Part shown: in pieces, positions 18,971 to 27,900 of the stretch
How the letters are laid out: the number at the start of each line of letters is the position of its first letter
Position numbering within the stretch: the first letter of the stretch is position 1
Origin: Candidatus Aenigmatarchaeota archaeon
GTDB lineage: Archaea; Aenigmatarchaeota; Aenigmatarchaeia; CG10238-14; SCSR01
NCBI GenBank assembly: GCA_038998625.1
Contig: JAWADS010000003.1
Location: 1-45,612 of the forward strand
DNA: 45,612 nucleotides
Reading direction: 5' to 3'
Translations under genes and position numbers: made by a program
The notes under the pieces: model-generated
Seen by the model: only the letters and a program-made list of their open reading frames with translations
Database searches by the model: none
Told to the model about the DNA's origin: nothing

Positions 18971-19501
18971 TTACAATTTTTCCTCCTCTTCAACCTTCTC
19001 CCTTTTCTTAATCCGTGGTATTATCCTCTGTCTTATTCTGTAATTAATAATCCTATAAACTTCATCAGGATTTCTTATCCCTTTCATGACAATTTCGGTT
19101 TTAAAACCCGATACTATAACATTGCCAAAATTAAAAATTCTTCCTAGAATTCCCTTATCCAATCTAACATCTGAAATGTTATTGTACGGAATAGCGATTC
19201 TTTTCTTCCTAAATATTCCTTCAATTTTCACCACCTCATTTTTCGTCAGCAAATATTGCCTTATCCATTGCTCTATTACCGGCTCCTCTAAGAAAAAAGT
19301 TATGATGGGAATTATTGAAAGGGTTAAAAACAAAGGCAGAAGATCTGCTGGATTTTTGGAATAGAAGGCCCTAAGAAAATCTATGTTAAGATAAGGCCAA
19401 AGCAAGTAGAAAAAAACAAGTAATAAAATTATTATAACATAATTTTCTATGTAAGAAACCCTAGAAGTTTTGTAAACTAATCCTCTTTCTTTAAACTTCA
19501 T
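18971..19501 (-). CDS. Membrane protein with bacterial PH (bPH_2) domain
   Basis: Two TM segments followed by IPYNNISDVRLDKGILGRIFNFGNVIV. Confidence 0.85.
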   Translation of the reverse strand: MKFKERGLVYKTSRVSYIENYVIIILLLVFFYLLWPYLNIDFLRAFYSKNPADLLPLFLTLSIIPIITFFLEEPVIEQWIRQYLLTKNEVVKIEGIFRKKRIAIPYNNISDVRLDKGILGRIFNFGNVIVSGFKTEIVMKGIRNPDEVYRIINYRIRQRIIPRIKKREKVEEEEKL

Positions 19502-19540
19502 AATTTATTTTTAATCAAAGGAATTTATTTTTGTGTCGCT

Positions 19541-20107
19541 ATGGGAAAGGTAAACAAAGATTTAGAACTACAAAAAATTGCAAATGAGATAATAAAATGT
19601 GAAGAATGCAAAAAAGATAAGTTTGGCCTTCCTGTGCCAGGGGAGGGAAATCCTAATGCAAAGGTCATATTTATTGGCGAGGCGCCAGGAAGGGAAGAAT
19701 CAAAAAAAGGTAAGCCCTTTGTGGGAAGAGCCGGAAAACTATTAACTCAATTACTGACTTCCATTGGCATTAATAGAGAAGATGTTTACATCACTTCGCC
19801 TGTTAAATATTATCCAGGAAAAAGGATTTTAAAAGAAGAGGAGATCCTCCATGGCAGGAAACATCTTCTAAAACAAATAGAAGTTATTAAACCTAAGCTC
19901 TTCGTTCTCTTAGGAAATGTGGCATTAAAAGCTTTGTTTCCCGATGAAAATTTAAAAATTTCAAAAATTCATGGTAAGGTACTTTCTAAAAATAATTCTT
20001 TATTTTTTCTCACCTTTCATCCAGCCGCAGCATTAAGATTTCCTAAAATAAGAAAACTTATAGAAAAAGATTTTAAAAAGCTAAAGAAAATAATAGCGAG
20101 ATTATGA
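19541..20107 (+). CDS. udg: Uracil-DNA glycosylase, family 4-like
   Basis: IGEAPG, GKPFVGRAGKLL and TFHPAA motifs. Confidence 0.92.
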   Translation: MGKVNKDLELQKIANEIIKCEECKKDKFGLPVPGEGNPNAKVIFIGEAPGREESKKGKPFVGRAGKLLTQLLTSIGINREDVYITSPVKYYPGKRILKEEEILHGRKHLLKQIEVIKPKLFVLLGNVALKALFPDENLKISKIHGKVLSKNNSLFFLTFHPAAALRFPKIRKLIEKDFKKLKKIIARL

Positions 20108-20832
20108 TAAAAGTTGGTACTTGCGGATGGGCTTTTTTCAGGCCCGAAAACTTTATTGATGAAAAAAAGAAATTTAAATCAATTTTACAGGCCTATGCTT
20201 ATGTTTATCCAGCAGTAGAGGTCAATTCAACCTTTTACAGAATTCCTAAAGTTTCTACAGCTGAGAAGTGGAGAGAAGAAGTTAATGAAGTAAACAAGAA
20301 TTTTGAATTTACTGTAAAGGCAACAAGATTTATTACTCACATATTGCACTTCACAAAAGCTTCTGTAAAATTTTTTGATGTGATGAAAGATATTTGCAAA
20401 GCCTTAGGAGCAAAAATTTTGCTTTTACAATCACCTAATAGCTTCAAGGCAACAGAAGAAAACATCAAAAGAATGAAAAATTTTTTCGATAACATTAACA
20501 GAGAAGATTTGATAATTGCATGGGAACCTAGAGGGGATTGGCACAAAAAGCCAGAAATTTTAAAGGAAGTTTGCAAAGATTTTGAAGTAGTAGAATGTGT
20601 TGATCCTTTTAGGAATAATTCACTATATTTCGGAAAAAAGAAAATTGGATACTTTAGAATGCATGGTTTTGGAGTTATTAGCATGTATAGCTACAATTTT
20701 AGTAAATCGGAATTGGGAGAACTAAAAAATAAAATGAAAGTGTTGTTAAAAAAATTAAAATTGCAATATTATTTCTTCAACAATTCGGCCATGTATCAAA
20801 ATGCTTTAGAATTTATGAAAATGATTTCTTGA
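20104..20832 (+). CDS. DUF72 family protein
   Basis: VGTCGW, VEVNSTFY, FTVKA, WEPRG and YFRMHG motifs. Confidence 0.92.
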   Translation: MIKVGTCGWAFFRPENFIDEKKKFKSILQAYAYVYPAVEVNSTFYRIPKVSTAEKWREEVNEVNKNFEFTVKATRFITHILHFTKASVKFFDVMKDICKALGAKILLLQSPNSFKATEENIKRMKNFFDNINREDLIIAWEPRGDWHKKPEILKEVCKDFEVVECVDPFRNNSLYFGKKKIGYFRMHGFGVISMYSYNFSKSELGELKNKMKVLLKKLKLQYYFFNNSAMYQNALEFMKMIS

Positions 20833-20834
20833 TT

Positions 20835-21863
20835 TTACATAACAACATTAATTTTTGTATTACAATTGGGACGTTCTGGAGTTTTCAAATAATTTTCAAC
20901 TCTATACCCAAACCTTCTGATTAAAATTCTTTTACAATTAGGGCAATAAGTATTTTCTGCTTCGTGGCCAGGAACATTGCCAATATAAACATATTTTAAT
21001 CCCAAGGCTTTCGCTTCCTTCCACATTTTTTCTAATGTTTCAATGGGTGTGGGAGGGAAATCCAACATTTTGTAATGCGGGAAAAATCTCAAAATATGAA
21101 AAGGAACTTCTTCTCCTAATTCATCTAAAATCCATTTAACCAACTTTCTAAAAGTCTCTAGATTGTCCCCCATCTTTGGAACTATTAAATCGGATATTTC
21201 AATATGAATTCCAAATTTTTTCATTAACTTTAAGTTTTCAAATATAGGTTCCACATCGGGTACTAAGGAAATTTTTTTGTGAAATTCTAAATCCCCAGAA
21301 GCTTTAAAATCCACAACAGCAGCATCTAAATATTTTCTTATAAGACGCAAAGCTTCTTCACTCATGTATCCATTTGTTACAAAAGTGTTTTTTAAATGGA
21401 ATTGGCTAGCGTATTTCATAATATCCAAGGCGAATTCTAAAAAAATTGTGGGCTCGGTATAAGTATGGGTGATGATTTTTAAGTTATTTTTTAATGCTGT
21501 CTCAACAATTTCCTCAGGTTTATAATCATTGCCAGAAATTTTATTTTCCAACCCCATTTTACTAATTTCCCAATTTTGACAAAATAGGCATCGCCAATTG
21601 CAGCCACCACAAGCATAGGAAAGGGAAAAAGAACCTGGATAAAAATGATAATGGGGTTTCTTCTCGATGGGATCTATATTTAGGGCAACAACTTTTCCAT
21701 AGTTCAGAGTGTAAAGCTTATTGTTAATATTTTCTCTAACCAAACAAACTCCTCTTTTTCCCTTTAAGATGAAGCAACGTCTCGCACACAAATTGCATCT
21801 TACACCTTCCAAATTTTTTATTTTTTCTTTTTTCCATAGAATGGCTAGCTTCCCTTCTTCCAT
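20835..21863 (-). CDS. AmmeMemoRadiSam-type radical SAM enzyme
   Basis: CNLCARRC N-terminus, IDPIEKKPxYHFYPG, CNWRCLFCQNW and TYTEPT motifs. Confidence 0.92.
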   Translation of the reverse strand: MEEGKLAILWKKEKIKNLEGVRCNLCARRCFILKGKRGVCLVRENINNKLYTLNYGKVVALNIDPIEKKPHYHFYPGSFSLSYACGGCNWRCLFCQNWEISKMGLENKISGNDYKPEEIVETALKNNLKIITHTYTEPTIFLEFALDIMKYASQFHLKNTFVTNGYMSEEALRLIRKYLDAAVVDFKASGDLEFHKKISLVPDVEPIFENLKLMKKFGIHIEISDLIVPKMGDNLETFRKLVKWILDELGEEVPFHILRFFPHYKMLDFPPTPIETLEKMWKEAKALGLKYVYIGNVPGHEAENTYCPNCKRILIRRFGYRVENYLKTPERPNCNTKINVVM

Positions 21864-21910
21864 AATTAGAGATAATAAGAACGATATTTAAAATTTGAAA
21901 CAAAATATAC

Positions 21911-22441
21911 ATGTTAAATATGGAGTTTGATGAAGTTTTAAAAAAAAGGAGAATGGTGAGGAGGTTTGTAGATAAGCCTGTAAGTGAAGAAATTCTTCAA
22001 AAAATTCTTAAAAATGCACAAAGGGCCCCTTCTGCAGGCTTCACGCAAATGCAAGAATTCATAGTTGTAAAAGATAAAAAGCAAAAAGAAAGATTAGCAA
22101 AGGCAGCTCTAAATCAAAAATTTATAGCAGAGGCACCTGTGGTTATAGTAGTTGTTTCAAATATAGAAAGGGCTTATTGGAGATATGGTGAAAGGGCAGT
22201 AAATTTTTATTCTATAACAGATGGTGCATTTTCCACTATGCTTATTTTACTTTCTTGTGTAAATTACGGCTTGGGGGCCTGTTCAGTAGGGGCTTTTGAT
22301 GAAGAAGAAGTTTCCAGAGTTTTGAATTTACCGAAAAATGTTAGACCCATTTTCATAATACCAATAGGATATCCGGCTGAAAGACCAGAAAGATTAGAAA
22401 GAATTCAGTTAGAAAAATTAATCCACAGAGAAAAATGGTAG
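21911..22441 (+). CDS. Nitroreductase family protein
   Basis: RRMVRRF, APSAGFTQ, GLGACSVGAF and IPIGYP motifs. Confidence 0.93.
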   Translation: MLNMEFDEVLKKRRMVRRFVDKPVSEEILQKILKNAQRAPSAGFTQMQEFIVVKDKKQKERLAKAALNQKFIAEAPVVIVVVSNIERAYWRYGERAVNFYSITDGAFSTMLILLSCVNYGLGACSVGAFDEEEVSRVLNLPKNVRPIFIIPIGYPAERPERLERIQLEKLIHREKW

Positions 22442-22522
22442 TTTTTTGTTCTAAAAATTAAAAAAGAAAAAATTAGCAAAGCTAGTTAAGATTTTTTAAA
22501 TTGCAAGATTTTTATTTTATAT

Positions 22523-22864
22523 TTATTCCTCTTCTTCAGCTTCTTTTACAACTTCTTCGGTAACTTCTTCAGCCTCTTCAACCTCAATAGGCGTCTCCAG
22601 ATCTTCGGTCTTAGATTCAACTTTTTGGCCTATAGCAAATCTCCTTCTTACATCAGTAATTTTTATGTGAACCTTTTCCCCCCTTTTCGTTCCATTTACG
22701 AATACTACAAAATTCTTTATTCTTGCTATACCATCTCCTCTAGAACCTGTCTCAGTAATTTCCACATCATACTCTTCACCAACTTTAACTGGCCGAGGAG
22801 CTCCAGAGACTTCTCTTCTATGGCCGAATTTACCTCCAAAATTTTTTCTTTCAAACCTCACCAT
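22523..22864 (-). CDS. Stand-alone TRAM domain RNA-binding protein
   Basis: PVKVGEEYDVEI...GSRGDGIARIKNFVVFV, acidic tail and a GGAGG SD upstream. Confidence 0.93.
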   Translation of the reverse strand: MVRFERKNFGGKFGHRREVSGAPRPVKVGEEYDVEITETGSRGDGIARIKNFVVFVNGTKRGEKVHIKITDVRRRFAIGQKVESKTEDLETPIEVEEAEEVTEEVVKEAEEEE

Positions 22865-22898
22865 TTAACTAACCTCCCTTCAGTAATTAATTCAAAAG

Positions 22899-22948
22899 AA
22901 CTACACGAGGCTCTAAATGTTATGCTACATTTAGAAGCTCGAGTAGTT
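22899..22948 (-). promoter_or_regulatory. Long hairpin upstream of TRAM gene (probable 5' leader)
   Basis: AACTAC-x-CGAG-xx-TCTAAATGT / 6-nt loop / ACATTTAGA-xx-CTCG-x-GTAGTT. Confidence 0.65.
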
Positions 22949-23044
22949 TTAAATTTTAAAACGAATCTTCTTTATTCAACCTCCCTATCCTCTTATTTAT
23001 TTCTTTGTTGAATAAGTATTTAAAGGAATTTAAGGCAAGTTAAA

Positions 23045-24031
23045 CTATAATAAAATGAAAATTTTTTCATCTCTTATTCTAACCTTTGTTTCCAAATCTT
23101 CACACAATTTCTTCATATTCTCCAAAATAATCTTTTTTTCTATATTTTCGGCAAGATTTACCTGCATTTTGTAAGAATCTATTTTTACTGGAACAAGCTC
23201 TAAACTAATTATTTTCTTTCTTTCCAAATTCAACAAAAAAATAAAAGATTGGTCGTTACTAAAAAACTCAAATTTATCAACTGCATAATCATCAACAAAG
23301 TCTCCAGAATCATATATAATGACTTTATTGTTCAAGACCTCTATTCCTTGAGGAATATGATTACTATGACCCCAGTAAATGTCTACTCCCAACTCTAACA
23401 AAGTATGGGCAAAGTTTACAAACTCTTTAGAAGGTTTGCTCCTATAGTGAGGCCCAACATGACAAGACGCAATAATAAAATCAACCTTTTCCCTAATATT
23501 TTTAATGATTTTTTTAATTCTTTCTAGATATTTTTCTTCTAAGTTTAAAGGAATGAAATTAATTCCTGGCCTATTTTCTAAAGCTTCCCACCAAGGAGGA
23601 TGATCTGATAAAGCAAATATTGCAATTTTTACATCATTTTTTTCTAAAATAGCTGGCTCACAAGCTTTATCAATGTTTTCTCCTGCTCCAGAAAAAGCAA
23701 TTTTATTTTTTCTTAACAATTCCAACATTTCAAGCAAAGCTTCTTCTCCAAAATCTAAAACATGATTGTTGGCAATAGATGCGAAGTCAATTTTTGCTTT
23801 CTTTAGAACCTCTATGGCGACAGGATTAGAGCGAAAGTGAAAATAGCTTCTAGGATCAGGGGTTCCTTTAGAAGAGATAACACATTCCAAATTAATTAAT
23901 CTCAAATCTGCTTCATGAAAAATTTTTATTGTATTGCCCCAGACCCAGGAAAAATTATCCAATTTTAAAACCCTATTTACAGTTCTCCCTAACATTACGT
24001 CGCCAGTAAGTAAAATTTTTAGTCGCGCCAT
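23045..24031 (-). CDS. CapA (PgsA) family metallophosphatase-fold protein
   Basis: TGDVMLGR, INLEC, IANNHVLDFG, GHSNH and YDSGDF motifs. Confidence 0.92.
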   Translation of the reverse strand: MARLKILLTGDVMLGRTVNRVLKLDNFSWVWGNTIKIFHEADLRLINLECVISSKGTPDPRSYFHFRSNPVAIEVLKKAKIDFASIANNHVLDFGEEALLEMLELLRKNKIAFSGAGENIDKACEPAILEKNDVKIAIFALSDHPPWWEALENRPGINFIPLNLEEKYLERIKKIIKNIREKVDFIIASCHVGPHYRSKPSKEFVNFAHTLLELGVDIYWGHSNHIPQGIEVLNNKVIIYDSGDFVDDYAVDKFEFFSNDQSFIFLLNLERKKIISLELVPVKIDSYKMQVNLAENIEKKIILENMKKLCEDLETKVRIRDEKIFILL

Positions 24032-24062
24032 GATAATTTACTGAATTTAATTAAAGAAAAAA

Positions 24063-24815
24063 TTAAGCTAAACTAATTTCTTGTTTTAAGAACTTTAGCT
24101 TGGGAAATTTAAGGGCCCCAGTTTCTTTATCTAAAGCTATTGGTATTAACTCATCTAAATCAATTTCTTTTAATATTGGTGAAAGCAATTCCTCCCTTGA
24201 AGCAACATTTATTGCGACTCCAGATGCCAAAGGAGAAAATGCAGGCAGGCAAATTATTTTCTTACCATTTTCTAATTTTCCATAAAGTAAGCAGGGCACT
24301 TTAATTCTATCATAACCTTCTATTAAAAGGATTGCTGGTTGTTCATGCCCTATAACAACAATTTCTACTTTTTTTGGAAAATTTATTTTTTTATGACCAT
24401 GGGTAAACAAAATTTTATTGACTTGATAAAAGGGATCAAAAACTTTTAGTCCTAGCTTACTTGCAATGTTAAGCAAATAATTATCATGGTTTCCTCTCAC
24501 TATAATTATTTCTTTAACTTTTTTTCTGAGATAATTAACTAACTCTATAACTTCCCGCCATTCTTGAGAAGAAGCTTCTCCAAACTCATGCTTTACATCA
24601 CCATTTATTAAAAAAGTTTTCGGCCTTACAATCCTGAAAATTTCTTTCAATTCTTTTAAAATTTCTTTTAACTGAGTTTGTGGCACAAAGATTCCTTGCT
24701 CTGCAAGATAAAGCTCTTCTCCCAGCTGCAGGTCAGATATAGCTAGCAAATCAATATTTTCAAAATAAACTGCAGGATAACCATTAAATATTTTTATACC
24801 AGGGAAAATTTCCAT
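24063..24815 (-). CDS. Metallophosphoesterase (Lhr-associated MPE type)
   Basis: SDLQLG, NGDVKH, RGNHD, THGH, GHEQPA and LPAFSPL motifs. Start moved to ATG 24815. Confidence 0.9.
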   Translation of the reverse strand: MEIFPGIKIFNGYPAVYFENIDLLAISDLQLGEELYLAEQGIFVPQTQLKEILKELKEIFRIVRPKTFLINGDVKHEFGEASSQEWREVIELVNYLRKKVKEIIIVRGNHDNYLLNIASKLGLKVFDPFYQVNKILFTHGHKKINFPKKVEIVVIGHEQPAILLIEGYDRIKVPCLLYGKLENGKKIICLPAFSPLASGVAINVASREELLSPILKEIDLDELIPIALDKETGALKFPKLKFLKQEISLA

Positions 24816-24816
24816 T

Positions 24817-24984
24817 TCATTTTTCTTCTGCATAGACAATAGCATCTCTATTAATTATTCTTTTCTTCCCTCTACTTTCTAAAACAATCCATTGGTTGGC
24901 ATCTTTTAAAGTTCCTTCTAAAGAAATAGAAGTATCACCAAGCATTACAATTAGCTTTACTTTTTTTCCAATTAACTCCTTCAT
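24817..24984 (-). CDS. 55-aa Sm/LSm-like microprotein, absent from ORF track
   Basis: Manual translation: MKELIGKKVKLIVMLGDTSISLEGTLKDANQWIVLESRGKKRIINRDAIVYAEEK. ATGA overlap with the lhr stop; ends 1 nt before the MPE ATG. Confidence 0.75.
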   Translation of the reverse strand: MKELIGKKVKLIVMLGDTSISLEGTLKDANQWIVLESRGKKRIINRDAIVYAEEK

Positions 24985-27900
24985 TCTCCTACCCTTTCCA
25001 AAACTTTTTTATGCAACTCTAATAATATTTTTTTCCTATCTTCCATTAAAACTACATCAGATTCCCCTAAAGCTATTAAAGAATGGGAAAAAGGACTAGG
25101 CAAATCACACTCTTCCAAAAATTCAAGTTTAATTTTTCCTTCTTCAATTTCTTTCAAAATTTCTTTAGCATGCTCTATATCCATATAATCTTGTAAGATT
25201 TCACGATATGTTTCTTTTAATACAGGAAAACCTTCAATTTTTTCACAAACTTTTATTAGTCTATCAGCATTCATTTGTTGTTTGGTAACTCTTATTTCAT
25301 ATCCTTTATAATTCCTTAAAACCATTAAAGCTCTTGTTGCGGAGTGCCTAAATTTTCTTCTTAAAAGCTCTGTTTGCCTCAAGGCTTTTTTCAAAATTTC
25401 TTCTAAATTTTCTGAATTAACTAGCTTAACAACTTCCTTTGGATCAATTCTTTTTGGCTTCAATTCCTTTATCTTTTTAATAAAAAGCCATTTGTTTTCT
25501 AAGGCTTCATTGGGTAAAGAAAGCATAAAGCCATTATCGCTAATAGTTACAGCTATAGACTTTCCAATTTTTTTAATTAAAGCATAAGCAAAGGCCCTAG
25601 ATAGAGCATCATTTACACGCCTTCCATATAAAGTGTGGAAAATTAAGTTTTGATTTCCTCTTTCATCAATATAATTTTCCACTAAAATTCTCTCATGGGA
25701 AGGAAAGCCTTTTGCCCCCATTTCTTCTAAAAATCTTTTCTGATAGTAGAAATAATCCACTATAGCTTTAGCAGCCCATTCAGTAACAGGATACTCCTTT
25801 AACAACCAATTCACAATTTCTTTTTTAGATTTTTTGTTTATCAATTCAAACATTTTTTCTCTAAATTTCCCAATTTCTATGGCCAATTCAAAACTTAATG
25901 GTAATTGTTCCGAAAACCAGCTGGGCACCGTAGGTCTTTTTTCTTTTACTGGTAAAACAAATGCTTGGGCTTGCTTAGCTTTAACAAATTGATAGGTTTT
26001 TCCTGCTAAAACAAAAATATCTCCCGGCACAAGCCTCTGTAGAAATTCTTCCTCTATACTTCCAATATATTTTCCATCCAAACTTTTTACTTTAATTTTT
26101 ACTTCGTCAGGAATTGTGCCAATGTTTAATGAATAAATAACCCTAGCATATTTTCCTCTCCTTCCAAAAACCATATCATTAAAGTCCACCCAAATTTTCC
26201 CGTAAACTTTTTTATCTTCTAAAGTGTGATAAGCTCCAGAAAGATATTCAAGAACAGAAACAAAATCCTTCCACTCTAAATTGCGATAACAATAAGATCT
26301 TCTAATTAAATTAAAAGCTTCTTTTATGTTCCACTTCTTTTCCAAACTCATTCCCATTATATGTTGAGCTAAAACATCTAAGCAATTTTGAGGAATTTGT
26401 ATTTTATCTAAAAAATATTCATAAGCCTTCTTAGCCATAACTGTTGTTTCTACAAGATCATCATGGTCTAGACATATTACCCTGCCTATAGAGGTTTCAT
26501 GTAACTTATGCCCAGCCCTGCCAATCCTTTGCATTAGACGCGAAATACTTTTTGGGCTCCCTAGTTGCACTACTAAATCAATATAACCAATGTCTATGCC
26601 AAGTTCAAGACTTGTGCTGGAGTTTTGAGTTATAATTCCGTTGACAATATAATTATGAAATTTATAAACATCGACAAGATCATAAATTTCGTGCAATTTT
26701 ATTTTTTCAATTTTCTTTATCTTTTCCCAAAAAACATGCCCTTTTATTAATTTTTTTAAATATTCCGTTTCTTCAGTTTTTCCAAATTTTTCAAAAAAAT
26801 TCAAAACCCTAAATAAAGTTTTTCTGTTGAAATAGTGCTGATCCTTTTCATAGCTCTCTAAATCAATTCCAACTTCTTTCTTAAAATTCCAGCTTTTTAT
26901 TTTTAATTTTTTTCTTATATTCAATAAAATTTTACCTATTTGAGGAATTCTATCTATTGATATACTTTTAGTTTTAATTATTCCTTTCAACTCCTGACAA
27001 TTATCTCTAAAAAATCTTATTTCCTTAACAAATTTAGTGATATATTCTCCACTAATAATAGAAACTTTTCCTCTTCGAATGGAAGACACGATACCAATTT
27101 TTAGAAGAAGTCTATTCAAGCCATATGCTAATGATTTGCTGGTAGCATTAAAGTCTATTGACGATAAATTCCCATTTTTTATTACTAAATTGCCATTACC
27201 ATCAAAATAACCAGCTAAAAATTCAACTATGTAATTTTTAGGTAGGGAGAAAATAAATTTAGGTATAAAAGTTTTTCTTGTTTCTTCACCTTCTGGGGTG
27301 CAAAGATTTTTTATTAAAGATGCAAAAAGGGATGAATACCGAAATCCTATAATTTCCCCAGATTTTTTCATAAACTCTTTATCTATCCCAAATTCTTTTT
27401 TAATTATTGAACTATATTTTTTTATCAAATACAGATTTTTATTTAAAACGATCACTTTACTATGGTATATATTGCCTCTAGCAAGAAAGAAGCCTAAAAA
27501 TCGTAAAAATGATGGACTCAATATAGGAGACGATAATTTTAATTTTTTCTTATTTGTACCTATATTACTCAATTTTAACAAATAATTTTCATTTCCTAAA
27601 TCTCTACAAATTTTTTTGAAAACAAAAATCTTCAACCAACAGCGATTATTAAAAAAATTATATAGCAAATTCCTATTAAGATTTAAACACCTTGCAGCAT
27701 TAGTTATGGTGCCATATTTTTTTAATAATTTTTTCTTTAAATCTGTTAAAATTTCTCTAGTTGGCTTGACAAAACAATTTTCATTCGTCAAGTATTCTAT
27801 ATAATAAGGAATTTTAAAATTATGGTTATTTGGTATACATCGTATGGTTGCTATAAACTCGCCCTTTTTGAGATCTTGGGCCTTTTTCCATTTTAATATT

